DNA from: Escherichia coli
Lineage (GTDB): Bacteria; Pseudomonadota; Gammaproteobacteria; Enterobacterales; Enterobacteriaceae
Length of the DNA: 64,000 nt
Strand: one strand, 5' to 3'
NCBI RefSeq assembly: GCF_024502345.1
Contig: NZ_JALDNN010000001.1
The notes under the pieces are model-generated. The model worked only from the letters and a program-made list of their open reading frames with translations. It had not been told where the DNA came from and searched no databases. Of this stretch, positions 18,004 through 31,393 are shown piece after piece (position 1 is the first letter of the stretch; each line of letters opens with the position of its first letter). The translations under genes and the position numbers were made by a program.

Positions 18004-20655
18004 ATGGATACGTGTATGCCTGACCATTCTCTTTTCCGACTGCGGGTGCTTCCCTGCTGCATTGCGCTGGCAATGTCAGGGTGTTATGTCAATGCCTGGG
18101 TTGAAGATGAAATTCAGTTTGATTCCCGTTTTCTGGAGTTAAAAGGCGACACAAAAATCGATCTGAAGCGATTTTCCAGCCAGGGATATGTCGAACCTGG
18201 TAAATACAATTTACAGGTTCAACTAAATAAACAGCCGCTGGCGGAAGAATACGATATTTACTGGTACGCCTCTGAGAACGATGCCAGTAAAACCTATGCC
18301 TGCCTGACGCCTGAACTGGTCGCGCAGTTTGGCTTAAAAGAGGATGTGGCAAAAAACCTGCAATGGATCCACGACGGCAAATGCCTGAAACCCGGTCAAC
18401 TGGAAGGCATTGATATTAAAGCTGACCTGAGTCAGTCAGCGTTAGTCATTTCATTACCCCAGGCTTACCTTGAATATACCGACATCAACTGGGATCCACC
18501 TTCACGCTGGGATGACGGTATTTCTGGTTTAATTGCTGACTACAGTATTACCGCCCAGACACGACATGAAGAAAATGGCGGGGATGACAGCAATGAAATC
18601 AGCGGCAACGGAACAGTTGGGGTTAACCTCGGCGCATGGCGTCTGCGAGCCGACTGGCAGACTGACTACCAGCACAGCAAAAGCAATGATGACGATGTTA
18701 TCAACGGTGATGACACGCAAAAAAACTGGGAGTGGAGCCGCTACTACGCCTGGCGGGCCTTACCGTCGCTAAAAGCCAAACTTGGCCTTGGCGAAGACTA
18801 CCTTAATTCTGATATTTTCGACGGCTTTAACTACGTGGGTGGCAGTATCAGCACCGACGATCAAATGTTGCCGCCGAATCTGCGCGGCTATGCGCCGGAT
18901 ATCTCCGGCGTGGCGCACACCACCGCGAAAGTGACCGTCAGCCAGATGGGCCGCGTGATTTACGAAACGCAGGTTCCGGCGGGGCCGTTCCGCATCCAGG
19001 ATCTTGGCGATTCTGTCTCCGGTACACTGCACATCCGCATTGAAGAACAGAACGGCCAGGTGCAGGAATATGACATCAACACCGCCTCGATGCCGTTCCT
19101 GACCCGCCCCGGCCAGGTGCGCTATAAGCTGATGATGGGCCGCCCGCAGGAGTGGGGGCATCATGTTGAGGGCGGTTTCTTCTCCGGCGGCGAAGCTTCA
19201 TGGGGGATTGCCAACGGCTGGTCGCTGTACGGCGGGGCGCTGGCAGATGAACACTATCAGTCGGCGGCGCTTGGCGTCGGTCGCGACCTGTCTGTCTTTG
19301 GCGCAGTCGCCTTTGATATCACCCACTCGCATACCCGCCTGGATAAAGAGACCGCCTACGGTAAAGGTTCACTGGACGGTAACTCGTTTCGCGTGAGCTA
19401 TTCCAAAGACTTCGATGAACTGAACAGCCGCGTCACTTTTGCCGGATACCGCTTCTCGGAAGAGAACTTCATGACCATGAGCGAGTATCTCGATGCCAGC
19501 GACAGCGAAATGGTGCGCACCGGCAACGACAAAGAGATGTACACCGCCACCTATAACCAGAACTTCAGGGATGCCGGTGTGTCTGTTTATCTCAACTACA
19601 CCCGCCATACCTACTGGGATCGCGACGAACAGACCAACTACAACGTCATGCTCTCGCACTACTTCAACCTGGGCAGTATCCGCAATATGAGCATTTCCAT
19701 GACCGGATACCGCTACGAGTATGATAACCAGGCCGATAAAGGTGTGTACATATCGCTCAGTATGCCGTGGGGTGACAGCAGCACCATCAGCTATAACGGC
19801 AACTACGGCAGCGGTTCGGACAGCAGCCAGGTGGGGTATTTCAGCCGTGTCGATGACGCAACTCACTACCAGCTGAACGTGGGGACCAGTGACAAACACT
19901 CCAGCGTTGACGGCTATTACAGCCACGATGGCTCGCTGGCGCAGGTGGACCTCAGCGCCAACTACCATGAAGGACAGTACACCTCGGCAGGTATTTCCTT
20001 ACAGGGCGGCGCGACGCTGACCGCGCAGGGTGGCGCGCTCCACCGTACCCAGAATATGGGCGGTACGCGCCTGCTGATTGATGCCGATGGCGTGGCTGGT
20101 GTTCCGGTGGAAGGAAATGGCGCGGCGGTTTACACCAATATGTTCGGTAAGACCGTGGTGGCAGACGTCAACAACTACTACCGCAATCAGGCCTATATCG
20201 ACCTTAACAACCTGCCGGAAAACGCCGAAGCCACCCAGTCCGTGGTGCAGGCGACGCTTACCGAAGGAGCCATTGGCTACCGTAAGTTTTCGGTTATCAG
20301 CGGGCAAAAAGCGATGGCGGTATTGCGCCTGCAAGATGGCAGTCATCCGCCGTTTGGCGCGGAAGTGAAAAATGACAACGCGCAGAACGTCGGTCTGGTT
20401 GATGATGACGGCAACGTCTACCTCGCGGGTGTCAAACCTGGCGAGCATATGATCGTTTCATGGGGCGGTGTGGCCCACTGTGATATTCATCTGCCGGACC
20501 CACTGCCAGCCGATCTGTTCAATGGCCTGTTACTACCATGTCAACAAACAGGGGCGATATCTCCTTCGATGCCTCATCAAATTAAGCCGGTGATCCAGGA
20601 GCAGACCCAGCAGGTGATGCCAACGGAAGCGCCGGTATCGGTATCCGCCAATTAA
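18004..20655 (+). CDS. yfcU: Fimbrial usher outer-membrane protein, apparently intact
   Basis: Uninterrupted 883-aa ORF of usher size and composition (Gly/Tyr/Asn-rich beta-barrel). Confidence 0.85.
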   Translation: MDTCMPDHSLFRLRVLPCCIALAMSGCYVNAWVEDEIQFDSRFLELKGDTKIDLKRFSSQGYVEPGKYNLQVQLNKQPLAEEYDIYWYASENDASKTYACLTPELVAQFGLKEDVAKNLQWIHDGKCLKPGQLEGIDIKADLSQSALVISLPQAYLEYTDINWDPPSRWDDGISGLIADYSITAQTRHEENGGDDSNEISGNGTVGVNLGAWRLRADWQTDYQHSKSNDDDVINGDDTQKNWEWSRYYAWRALPSLKAKLGLGEDYLNSDIFDGFNYVGGSISTDDQMLPPNLRGYAPDISGVAHTTAKVTVSQMGRVIYETQVPAGPFRIQDLGDSVSGTLHIRIEEQNGQVQEYDINTASMPFLTRPGQVRYKLMMGRPQEWGHHVEGGFFSGGEASWGIANGWSLYGGALADEHYQSAALGVGRDLSVFGAVAFDITHSHTRLDKETAYGKGSLDGNSFRVSYSKDFDELNSRVTFAGYRFSEENFMTMSEYLDASDSEMVRTGNDKEMYTATYNQNFRDAGVSVYLNYTRHTYWDRDEQTNYNVMLSHYFNLGSIRNMSISMTGYRYEYDNQADKGVYISLSMPWGDSSTISYNGNYGSGSDSSQVGYFSRVDDATHYQLNVGTSDKHSSVDGYYSHDGSLAQVDLSANYHEGQYTSAGISLQGGATLTAQGGALHRTQNMGGTRLLIDADGVAGVPVEGNGAAVYTNMFGKTVVADVNNYYRNQAYIDLNNLPENAEATQSVVQATLTEGAIGYRKFSVISGQKAMAVLRLQDGSHPPFGAEVKNDNAQNVGLVDDDGNVYLAGVKPGEHMIVSWGGVAHCDIHLPDPLPADLFNGLLLPCQQTGAISPSMPHQIKPVIQEQTQQVMPTEAPVSVSAN

Positions 20656-20677
20656 CAACGTGATTAAGGAATGATCC

Positions 20678-21436
20678 ATGACGAATCTATTTTGCTCTGC
20701 CAGAACGGCCGCAACGACGCTGGCGTTACTGATAACTGCCGCCAGCCTGTCAGCACAGGCCTCTGTCACGCCGGACCGTACACGCCTGATTTTTAACGAA
20801 AGTGATAAATCAATCAGCGTCACGCTGCGCAATAACGACCCGAAAATGCCGTATCTGGCACAAAGCTGGATGGAAGATGAACAGGGTAACAAGATTAGCT
20901 CGCCACTGACGGTACTGCCGCCGGTGCAGCGCATCGATTCCATGATGAACGGTCAGGTGAAGGTACAGGGCATGCCGGATATCAACAAGCTGCCTGCCGA
21001 CCGCGAGAGCGTGTTCTATTTCAACGTGCGTGAGATCCCGCCGAAATCGAACAAACCCAACACGTTACAGATTGCGCTGCAAACGCGCATCAAGCTGTTC
21101 TGGCGACCAAAGGCGCTGGAAAACGTCAGCATGAAAAATCCGTGGCAGCATAAGGTGACCTTAACCCGCAGCGGCCAGGAGTTTACAGTCAATAACCCGA
21201 CGCCGTACTTCGTGGTTATCAGTAACGCCAGTGCGCAGAAAAATGGTAATCCGGCAGCGGGATTTTCCCCGCTGGTGATATCGCCAAAAACCTCCGTACC
21301 GTTAAAGGTCAAAATGGATAGCGTCCCGGTGCTGACCTACGTCAACGACTATGGCGCGCGGATGCCGCTGTTCTTCACCTGTACGGGAAACACCTGCCAG
21401 GTGGATGAAAAGCAAAACAGCCAGGGCCAGGGATAG
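20678..21436 (+). CDS. yfcS: Periplasmic fimbrial chaperone (PapD-like)
   Basis: 252 aa with signal peptide and chaperone motifs (RLIFNESDKSISVTLRN, FYFNVREIPP). Confidence 0.85.
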   Translation: MTNLFCSARTAATTLALLITAASLSAQASVTPDRTRLIFNESDKSISVTLRNNDPKMPYLAQSWMEDEQGNKISSPLTVLPPVQRIDSMMNGQVKVQGMPDINKLPADRESVFYFNVREIPPKSNKPNTLQIALQTRIKLFWRPKALENVSMKNPWQHKVTLTRSGQEFTVNNPTPYFVVISNASAQKNGNPAAGFSPLVISPKTSVPLKVKMDSVPVLTYVNDYGARMPLFFTCTGNTCQVDEKQNSQGQG

Positions 21437-21446
21437 GAGCACTAAT

Positions 21447-21947
21447 ATGAAAGGATCTTATTCGGCTTGGGTGTGGTTATTGCTATGTAGTATTGTGAGC
21501 ACGCCTGTAATGGCGGGTAGCAAATCGGTTGCGATGGTCTTGCGGGTGCTCGTTGATGCCCCGCCGCCCTGTACGGTAACTGGTGCGAGCGTGGAGTTCG
21601 GTAATGTATTTATTTCTAAGATCGATGGGGTAAGTTACAAACGCCCCATTGACTACTCGCTTGTGTGCAACAATCTGGCAATGGACGACCTGCGCTTAAA
21701 TATGCAGGCAACTACAACCGTGATTAACGGAGAAACGGTAATCGATACGGGTATTGCCGGTTTTGGAATTCGGATTCAAAAAGCCAGCGATCACTCCATT
21801 CTGGATTTAACGCCTGGCACATGGTTACCGTTTAACTTTTCATCGGGCGCACCGGCACTGGAAGCGGTTCCTGTCGTGCAGAGCGGTGTAACTCTAACGG
21901 CGGCGGAATTTAGCGCCAGTGCCACTATTGTGGTGGATTATCAATGA
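21447..21947 (+). CDS. yfcR: Fimbrial minor subunit
   Basis: Start chosen at MKGSYSAWVWLLLCSIVSTPVMA (signal peptide, RBS GGAGCA); the longer ORF from 21351 overlaps yfcS and is unlikely. Confidence 0.75.
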   Translation: MKGSYSAWVWLLLCSIVSTPVMAGSKSVAMVLRVLVDAPPPCTVTGASVEFGNVFISKIDGVSYKRPIDYSLVCNNLAMDDLRLNMQATTTVINGETVIDTGIAGFGIRIQKASDHSILDLTPGTWLPFNFSSGAPALEAVPVVQSGVTLTAAEFSASATIVVDYQ

Positions 21948-22414
21948 AACGGATTTCTCTCTTAATGTTGTGGGGCATTAGCTCTATGGCGCTCTCGAAT
22001 ATTTCTTTTCATGGTTATTTAGTGCAGCCACCGAATTGCACAATTAGTAATGGAGAAAATATAGAGTTGACGTTTCGGGACGTGAATATTGATGACATTA
22101 ACGGCAGCAATTATGAGCAGTTTGTGCCATATGCCATTACCTGTGATACCACTGTTCGTGACCCTCAAATGGAAATGACATTGACCTGGAGTGGCACACA
22201 GAGTGACTTTGATGATGCGGCTGTAACCACCGATATCAATGGATTAGCAATACATCTTAAACAAGCCGGAAGCGATTTTAAGCTGAATACCCCCTTAGTG
22301 GTGAATGAAACAGCCCTTCCTGTGATAACAGCCGTTCCCGTAAAAAAGAGTGGTGTCGATTTACCAGAGGCGGACTTTGAGGCGTGGGCTACGCTACAGG
22401 TGGATTACCAATGA
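21944..22414 (+). CDS. yfcQ: Fimbrial minor subunit
   Basis: 156 aa with signal peptide; pilin-like C-terminus (ATLQVDYQ). Confidence 0.75.
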   Translation: MKRISLLMLWGISSMALSNISFHGYLVQPPNCTISNGENIELTFRDVNIDDINGSNYEQFVPYAITCDTTVRDPQMEMTLTWSGTQSDFDDAAVTTDINGLAIHLKQAGSDFKLNTPLVVNETALPVITAVPVKKSGVDLPEADFEAWATLQVDYQ

Positions 22415-22932
22415 AGAAAAACAGTGTGTTGGTGCTTATTTGTAGTCTGCTGTTATTTAGTGGGATAGTCTCCGCTGCCGATAATCTGCATTTTACCGGT
22501 AATTTGTTTGGGAAATCCTGTACTCCTGTAATCAATGGCAACTTACTTGCGGAAATCCATTTCCCCACAATTGCGGCCAGCGATTTAATGCTACGTGGTC
22601 AGTCAGAGCGTGTGCCATTAGTCTTTCAGTTGAAAGATTGCAAAAGTGCCACGGCGTTTAATGTCAAGGTGACCTTGACGGGGACAGAAGACACCGACTT
22701 ACCTGGATTTCTGTCGATTGATTCATCATCTTCTGCAACGGGTGTTGGGATTGGCATTGAAACTGCCGGAGGGGCGGCTGTACCTATTAACAGCAACACA
22801 GGTGCCACATTCCCGTTAAATCAGGGAAATAACAGTGTCAATTTTAATACGTGGTTACAGGCCGTAAATGGACGAGATGTTACGTCCGGAGATTTCACCG
22901 CCACGATGACGGTAACTTTTGAGTATTTTTGA
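22411..22932 (+). CDS. yfcP: Fimbrial minor subunit
   Basis: Start chosen at MKKNSVLVLICSLLLFSGIVSA; pilin-like C-terminus (TMTVTFEYF). Confidence 0.75.
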   Translation: MKKNSVLVLICSLLLFSGIVSAADNLHFTGNLFGKSCTPVINGNLLAEIHFPTIAASDLMLRGQSERVPLVFQLKDCKSATAFNVKVTLTGTEDTDLPGFLSIDSSSSATGVGIGIETAGGAAVPINSNTGATFPLNQGNNSVNFNTWLQAVNGRDVTSGDFTATMTVTFEYF

Positions 22933-23777
22933 ATATGAAAAAATGGACATTTTTTTTAGCGGCGCTTCTGTTACTTATAGTAAATGTGGGAACATCAAAG
23001 AGCTATGCTGGTAGTAAGCTCATGAGTTCAACTTTTAAAAGTACTGAGATTTATTATGGGATGAATAGAATATCGCCTGTGGGTGATTTGTTTTTTTATG
23101 TCACGGTGCTGACACCAGGAGAGGTAAGTTATGGTCAATATAATTCGGACGCTCGGCGTGGCGACATACTCCCGGTGATTTCCTGGACCGGTTCCGGGCC
23201 TGCACCACAGTTGAAATTGACCGACTATGGTCGGACTGATACCTCGAATTGTCCAGGTATAAATACGAAGAATTTTTACTGTGCATATATGACGTTTGAT
23301 GTCACTGTCGAGTCTGATAATTATGGTTGCCCATGGCAGGCGTCATTTTATTCAGTTTCAGAACAGGTAGGATTTGGTGTTTATACCAGTCCAACGGTAC
23401 ATGATTCCGCTTGCCCCACGATTCCGGTTGCTTCTTTTGATATATCATGGAGTGAGAATTACGTTAGCCATAATAAAGCGTTGCGGTTGCAATCCGATGG
23501 TTCGACTATCACGACTACGCTTTCGACCTACCTGATGGAAAGCGGCAAACTCTGTGATGGCAGTGTTTTTGATTCCAGAGGGGCATATTGTCGTGCTGTT
23601 TCGGACTTATTAACCTTTACCTCGTATGGTTGTGATAATGCAAAGGTGACAGTCACCCCCTCACGTCAACCGGTGACGGACAAAAAGCTACACGACATTG
23701 TGGTACAGGTGAATACCAGTAGCCGTGCGCCAATTGATTCTACATGCCGTTTCCAGTATGTACTGAATGAACTATAG
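22929..23777 (+). CDS. yfcO: Fimbrial operon distal protein (DUF2544), possible tip adhesin
   Basis: 282 aa with signal peptide, Cys-rich; last gene of the yfc cluster. Confidence 0.7.
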   Translation: MNMKKWTFFLAALLLLIVNVGTSKSYAGSKLMSSTFKSTEIYYGMNRISPVGDLFFYVTVLTPGEVSYGQYNSDARRGDILPVISWTGSGPAPQLKLTDYGRTDTSNCPGINTKNFYCAYMTFDVTVESDNYGCPWQASFYSVSEQVGFGVYTSPTVHDSACPTIPVASFDISWSENYVSHNKALRLQSDGSTITTTLSTYLMESGKLCDGSVFDSRGAYCRAVSDLLTFTSYGCDNAKVTVTPSRQPVTDKKLHDIVVQVNTSSRAPIDSTCRFQYVLNEL

Positions 23778-23781
23778 TTGT

Positions 23782-23922
23782 GCGCTGATGCCTGATGCGA
23801 CGTGAACGTCTTATCAGGCCTACAATTGAATCACAATCTATTGAATTTGCACACTTTGTAGGCCGGATAAGGCGTTCACGCCGCATCCGGCATTCGGTGC
23901 CAGTGCCACATCCGGCACTTAA
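23782..23922. repeat. REP/BIME palindromic elements
   Basis: GCCTGATGCGACG…CTTATCAGGCCTAC and GGATAAGGCGTTCACGCCGCATCCGGCA motifs. Confidence 0.6.
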
Positions 23923-23925
23923 TAT

Positions 23926-24477
23926 TCACGGCAATTCCGGCGGCAGCCACTCTTCCACTTCAATCAACACCAGCAACGCCGCATCACCACCGTACTCTTT
24001 CGGCGCCTGGTGAAATGCCATCACATGTGGATGTTGCGCCAGCCACAGCGGCGTTTGCTGTTTCAAAATATGCTTACCATGCCCATGCATCACACAGGCA
24101 CAAAACACATGTTCACGGCGGCAGGCGGCAATCAACGCCCCCAGTTCCTGCTTGGCCTGTAGCTGCGTCAGACCGTGTAAATCCAAAAACAATTCCGGCG
24201 AATAATCACCGCGTCGCAACTTCTTCGCTTCAAAATGACTCACATCCGGGCGGACATATTTCACTGGGCCTTCGGTATTCAGTAACGGCTGAAACTCATC
24301 TGAGAAATAATGGCTGGCATCAGCCTGCTCCTGGATCAAGCGTTTCACCGGCACTTCGCTGATTTTCTTACGCTGCGGTCGGTGGACAATTGTGTCCTGC
24401 TTAATCTTGCGAGTCCCCGCCATCAACTGGCGAAACAGAGCCTGGTCCTCCTCGCTAAGTGTTGTTTTCTTTTTCAT
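23926..24477 (-). CDS. smrB: Smr-domain ribosome-rescue endonuclease
   Basis: 183 aa; Smr domain ([44 protein letters not shown]). Confidence 0.9.
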
Positions 24478-24642
24478 TTATCTGTCTCTATTTCTAATTT
24501 TCCTACAGTTTACCCGACTCGTAGCGCAATCGATCGTTTTAAACGTATTTTTCCTCACTCACCGCGCGTGAATGCTGATTTATCGTCATCTTCATGGCAA
24601 ACTAGCCGCCGAAATTATTGCGATCATGCCCTGGAGGAATAC

Positions 24643-25575
24643 GTGGATAAAATTTTCGTTGATGAAGCAGTAAATGAGCTGCAAACCATTCAGGACATGT
24701 TGCGCTGGTCGGTAAGCCGCTTCAGCGCGGCAAATATCTGGTACGGTCACGGCACCGATAACCCGTGGGATGAAGCCGTGCAGCTGGTATTGCCGTCGCT
24801 CTACCTGCCGCTGGATATTCCGGAAGATATGCGCACCGCGCGTCTGACCTCCAGCGAAAAACACCGTATTGTTGAACGCGTGATCCGCCGCGTCAACGAA
24901 CGCATTCCGGTTGCTTACCTGACCAACAAAGCGTGGTTCTGCGGCCATGAATTTTACGTCGATGAACGTGTGCTGGTGCCGCGCTCGCCGATTGGTGAAC
25001 TGATCAACAATAAATTTGCCGGACTTATCAGCAAGCAACCGCAGCATATTTTAGATATGTGTACCGGTAGCGGCTGCATCGCCATTGCCTGTGCTTATGC
25101 CTTCCCGGATGCGGAAGTCGACGCGGTGGATATCTCTCCCGACGCGCTGGCGGTTGCCGAACAGAACATCGAAGAACACGGTCTGATCCACAACGTCATT
25201 CCGATTCGTTCCGATCTGTTCCGTGATTTGCCGAAAGTGCAGTACGACCTGATCGTCACTAACCCGCCGTATGTCGATGCGGAAGATATGTCCGACCTGC
25301 CAAACGAATACCGTCACGAGCCGGAACTGGGCCTGGCATCTGGCACCGACGGCCTGAAACTGACGCGTCGCATTCTCGGTAACGCGGCAGATTATCTTGC
25401 TGATGATGGCGTACTGATTTGTGAAGTCGGTAACAGCATGGTACATCTTATGGAACAATATCCGGATGTTCCGTTCACCTGGCTGGAGTTTGATAACGGC
25501 GGCGATGGTGTGTTTATGCTCACCAAAGAGCAGCTGCTGGCGGCCCGTGAACATTTCGCGATTTATAAAGATTAA
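24643..25575 (+). CDS. prmB: Ribosomal protein uL3 glutamine N5-methyltransferase
   Basis: GTG start with RBS GGAGGA ([14 protein letters not shown]…); NPPY motif (IVTNPPYV); the 421-aa upstream extension overlaps smrB and is rejected. Confidence 0.9.
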   Translation: MDKIFVDEAVNELQTIQDMLRWSVSRFSAANIWYGHGTDNPWDEAVQLVLPSLYLPLDIPEDMRTARLTSSEKHRIVERVIRRVNERIPVAYLTNKAWFCGHEFYVDERVLVPRSPIGELINNKFAGLISKQPQHILDMCTGSGCIAIACAYAFPDAEVDAVDISPDALAVAEQNIEEHGLIHNVIPIRSDLFRDLPKVQYDLIVTNPPYVDAEDMSDLPNEYRHEPELGLASGTDGLKLTRRILGNAADYLADDGVLICEVGNSMVHLMEQYPDVPFTWLEFDNGGDGVFMLTKEQLLAAREHFAIYKD

Positions 25576-25609
25576 GTAAACACGCAAACACAACAATAAC
25601 GGAGCCGTG

Positions 25610-26695
25610 ATGGCTGGAAACACAATTGGACAACTCTTTCGCGTAACCACCTTCGGCGAATCGCACGGGCTGGCGCTCGGCTGCATCGTCGATGGTGTTC
25701 CGCCAGGCATTCCGCTGACGGAAGCGGACCTGCAACATGACCTCGACCGTCGTCGCCCTGGGACATCGCGCTATACCACCCAGCGTCGTGAGCCAGATCA
25801 GGTCAAAATTCTCTCCGGTGTTTTTGAAGGTGTTACTACCGGCACCAGCATTGGTTTGTTGATCGAAAATACCGATCAGCGTTCTCAGGATTATAGTGCG
25901 ATTAAGGACGTTTTCCGTCCTGGCCATGCCGATTACACCTACGAACAAAAATACGGTCTGCGCGATTATCGCGGCGGTGGACGTTCTTCCGCCCGCGAAA
26001 CCGCCATGCGCGTGGCGGCAGGGGCGATTGCCAAAAAATATCTCGCCGAGACATTTGGTATTGAAATCCGCGGCTGCCTGACCCAGATGGGCGACATTCC
26101 GCTGGAAATCAAAGACTGGTCGCAGGTTGAACAAAATCCGTTCTTCTGCCCGGACCCGGACAAAATCGACGCGTTAGATGAACTGATGCGCGCGCTGAAA
26201 AAAGAGGGCGACTCCATCGGCGCGAAAGTCACCGTTGTAGCCAGTGGTGTCCCCGCCGGACTTGGCGAGCCGGTCTTTGACCGCCTGGATGCCGACATCG
26301 CCCATGCGCTGATGAGCATCAACGCGGTGAAAGGCGTGGAAATTGGCGACGGTTTTGACGTAGTGGCGCTGCGCGGCAGCCAGAATCGCGACGAAATCAC
26401 CAAAGACGGTTTCCAGAGCAACCATGCGGGCGGCATTCTTGGCGGTATCAGCAGCGGGCAGCAAATCATTGCCCATATGGCGCTGAAACCGACCTCCAGC
26501 ATTACCGTGCCGGGGCGCACCATTAACCGCTTTGGCGAAGAAGTTGAGATGATCACCAAAGGCCGTCACGATCCTTGTGTCGGGATCCGCGCGGTGCCGA
26601 TCGCTGAAGCGATGCTGGCGATCGTATTAATGGATCACCTGTTACGGCAGCGGGCGCAAAATGCCGATGTGAAGACTGATATTCCACGCTGGTAA
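25610..26695 (+). CDS. aroC: Chorismate synthase
   Basis: [20 protein letters not shown]… (361 aa). Confidence 0.95.
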   Translation: MAGNTIGQLFRVTTFGESHGLALGCIVDGVPPGIPLTEADLQHDLDRRRPGTSRYTTQRREPDQVKILSGVFEGVTTGTSIGLLIENTDQRSQDYSAIKDVFRPGHADYTYEQKYGLRDYRGGGRSSARETAMRVAAGAIAKKYLAETFGIEIRGCLTQMGDIPLEIKDWSQVEQNPFFCPDPDKIDALDELMRALKKEGDSIGAKVTVVASGVPAGLGEPVFDRLDADIAHALMSINAVKGVEIGDGFDVVALRGSQNRDEITKDGFQSNHAGGILGGISSGQQIIAHMALKPTSSITVPGRTINRFGEEVEMITKGRHDPCVGIRAVPIAEAMLAIVLMDHLLRQRAQNADVKTDIPRW

Positions 26696-26698
26696 AAA

Positions 26699-27523
26699 AT
26701 GAACAAAACCGCGATTGCGCTGCTGGCCCTGCTTGCCAGTAGCGTCAGCCTGGCAGCGACGCCGTGGCAAAAAATAACCCAACCTGTGCCGGGTAGCGCA
26801 CAATCGATAGGCAGTTTTTCTAATGGCTGTATCGTCGGCGCTGATACGCTGCCGATACAGTCCGAACATTATCAGGTCATGCGTACCGATCAGCGTCGCT
26901 ATTTCGGTCACCCGGACCTGGTGATGTTTATCCAGCGTCTGAGTAGCCAGGTGAGCAATCTGGGCATGGGTACGGTGCTGATTGGCGATATGGGGATGCC
27001 CGCTGGTGGGCGTTTCAACGGCGGTCATGCCAGCCACCAGACCGGACTGGATGTCGATATCTTTCTGCAACTGCCGAAAACTCGCTGGACCTCCGCGCAG
27101 CTCTTGCGCCCGCAAGCACTGGACTTAGTTTCCCGCGACGGTAAACACGTTGTCTCCACGCTGTGGAAGCCAGAAATTTTCAGCTTGATCAAACTCGCCG
27201 CCCAGGACAAAGACGTCACGCGCATTTTTGTTAATCCGGCGATTAAACAACAACTTTGCCTTGATGCGGGCACCGATCGCGACTGGTTGCGCAAAGTGCG
27301 ACCCTGGTTCCAGCATCGCGCGCATATGCATGTACGATTACGTTGCCCTGCCGATAGTCTGGAGTGTGAAGATCAACCTTTACCGCCACCAGGCGATGGT
27401 TGCGGGGCAGAACTGCAAAGCTGGTTTGAACCTCCAAAACCGGGAACAACAAAGCCTGAGAAGAAGACACCGCCTCCGTTGCCGCCTTCCTGCCAGGCGC
27501 TACTGGATGAGCACGTGATCTAA
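26699..27523 (+). CDS. mepA: Penicillin-insensitive murein DD-endopeptidase
   Basis: 274 aa, signal peptide, metallopeptidase His motifs ([17 protein letters not shown]). Confidence 0.9.
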   Translation: MNKTAIALLALLASSVSLAATPWQKITQPVPGSAQSIGSFSNGCIVGADTLPIQSEHYQVMRTDQRRYFGHPDLVMFIQRLSSQVSNLGMGTVLIGDMGMPAGGRFNGGHASHQTGLDVDIFLQLPKTRWTSAQLLRPQALDLVSRDGKHVVSTLWKPEIFSLIKLAAQDKDVTRIFVNPAIKQQLCLDAGTDRDWLRKVRPWFQHRAHMHVRLRCPADSLECEDQPLPPPGDGCGAELQSWFEPPKPGTTKPEKKTPPPLPPSCQALLDEHVI

Positions 27524-28332
27524 TGGAAACGTTTAATAGCCTGTTTATGGTTTCCCCGCTGTTGCTGGGAGTTCTCTTTTTTGTCGCCATGCTGGCGGGA
27601 TTTATCGACTCGATTGCCGGTGGTGGTGGGTTACTCACGATTCCGGCATTGATGGCGGCAGGGATGTCTCCCGCTAATGCGCTGGCAACCAATAAACTGC
27701 AAGCTTGCGGCGGCTCTATTTCCGCCACTATCTACTTTATTCGCCGCAAAGTGGTTAGTTTAAGCGATCAGAAACTCAATATCGCCATGACCTTTATCGG
27801 CTCAATGAGCGGCGCACTGCTGGTGCAATACGTTCAGGCTGATGTCTTACGGCAGATTTTGCCCATTCTGGTGATTTGTATCGGCCTCTATTTCTTGCTG
27901 ATGCCAAAGCTGGGTGAAGAAGATCGCCAGTGCCGGATGTACGGTTTACCCTTCGCGTTAATTGCCGGTGGCTGCATCGGTTTTTATGACGGATTCTTTG
28001 GTCCGGCAGCCGGATCGTTTTACGCGCTGGCCTTTGTTACGCTGTGCGGATTCAACCTCGCCAAAGCCACGGCTCACGCCAAATTACTCAACGCAACGTC
28101 AAATATCGGCGGTTTACTGCTGTTTATTCTCGGCGGCAAAGTGATTTGGGCGACGGGCTTTGTGATGCTGGTGGGGCAGTTCCTCGGCGCGCGCATGGGT
28201 TCACGACTGGTGTTGAGCAAAGGACAAAAGCTGATCCGCCCGATGATTGTTATCGTCTCCGCGGTGATGAGTGCCAAATTACTTTACGATAGCCACGGAC
28301 AGGAGATCCTCCACTGGTTGGGGATGAACTAA
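27523..28332 (+). CDS. yfcA: TauE/SafE-family inner-membrane protein
   Basis: 269-aa polytopic membrane protein; overlapping stop/start with mepA. Confidence 0.85.
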   Translation: METFNSLFMVSPLLLGVLFFVAMLAGFIDSIAGGGGLLTIPALMAAGMSPANALATNKLQACGGSISATIYFIRRKVVSLSDQKLNIAMTFIGSMSGALLVQYVQADVLRQILPILVICIGLYFLLMPKLGEEDRQCRMYGLPFALIAGGCIGFYDGFFGPAAGSFYALAFVTLCGFNLAKATAHAKLLNATSNIGGLLLFILGGKVIWATGFVMLVGQFLGARMGSRLVLSKGQKLIRPMIVIVSAVMSAKLLYDSHGQEILHWLGMN

Positions 28333-28880
28333 TGAACAGTACACACCACTATGAGCAGTTGATTGAAATTTTTAATAGCTGCTTTGCCGATGATTTTAAT
28401 ACCCGTCTGATTAAAGGCGACGACGAACCGATCTATCTTCCTGCTGATGCGGAAGTACCGTATAACCGAATCGTCTTTGCTCATGGCTTTTATGCCAGCG
28501 CAATTCATGAGATTTCGCACTGGTGTATTGCCGGGAAAGCGCGCCGCGAGCAGGTTGATTTCGGCTACTGGTATTGCCCGGACGGTCGCGATGCCCAAAC
28601 GCAAAGCCAGTTTGAAGATGTTGAAGTGAAGCCGCAGGCGCTCGACTGGTTGTTCTGCGTGGCGGCGGGATACCCGTTTAACGTCAGTTGCGACAATCTG
28701 GAAGGCGACTTCGAACCGGACCGCGTGGTGTTTCAACGGCGAGTACATGCGCAGGTGATGGATTATCTGACAAATGGCATTCCCGAGCGTCCGGCACGCT
28801 TCATTAAAGCACTACAAAATTATTATCACACGCCGGAACTTACGGCGGAACAGTTCCCGTGGCCGGAAGCGCTCAACTGA
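28332..28880 (+). CDS. epmC: Elongation factor P hydroxylase
   Basis: 182 aa; HEISHW motif; conserved position. Confidence 0.85.
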   Translation: MNSTHHYEQLIEIFNSCFADDFNTRLIKGDDEPIYLPADAEVPYNRIVFAHGFYASAIHEISHWCIAGKARREQVDFGYWYCPDGRDAQTQSQFEDVEVKPQALDWLFCVAAGYPFNVSCDNLEGDFEPDRVVFQRRVHAQVMDYLTNGIPERPARFIKALQNYYHTPELTAEQFPWPEALN

Positions 28881-28913
28881 AGCCGGTGCCACGTTTTACA
28901 ATGAGGAAAGAAG

Positions 28914-29192
28914 ATGATCGCGGAGTTTGAATCACGCATTCTGGCATTAATCGACGGTATGGTTGACCATGCCAGTGATGATGAGTTGTTTGCCAGTGGG
29001 TATTTGCGTGGCCACCTGACATTAGCCATCGCAGAACTGGAAAGTGGTGATGACCACTCCGCTCAGGCGGTGCATACGACCGTTAGCCAGAGTCTGGAAA
29101 AAGCCATTGGTGCTGGTGAATTGTCGCCGCGTGACCAGGCGCTGGTGACCGATATGTGGGAAAACCTGTTTCAGCAGGCGTCACAGCAGTAA
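28914..29192 (+). CDS. yfcL: Small conserved protein YfcL
   Basis: 92-aa ORF, acidic; conserved position. Confidence 0.8.
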
Positions 29193-29198
29193 GTTGCG

Positions 29199-29300
<102 letters not shown>

Positions 29301-29312
29301 TGCGAGAGCAGA

Positions 29313-31385
<2,073 letters not shown>

Positions 31386-31393
31386 CTATTAAT

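Noticed and set aside
19369-19968. 199-aa and other ORFs antisense to the yfcU usher, plus many 60-250-aa antisense ORFs within purF, accD, pdxB, folC/dedD, hisJ and others
   Set aside because: All are embedded opposite well-supported genes; none has start-site context or a recognisable domain.
24310-25575. Long N-terminal extensions in the six-frame ORFs for prmB (421 aa), mnmC (688 aa), accD (332 aa), yfcC (513 aa), yfcR (198 aa) and dedD (226 aa)
   Set aside because: The extensions overlap neighbouring genes or lack an RBS; internal ATG/GTG starts with good RBS match the expected protein lengths.
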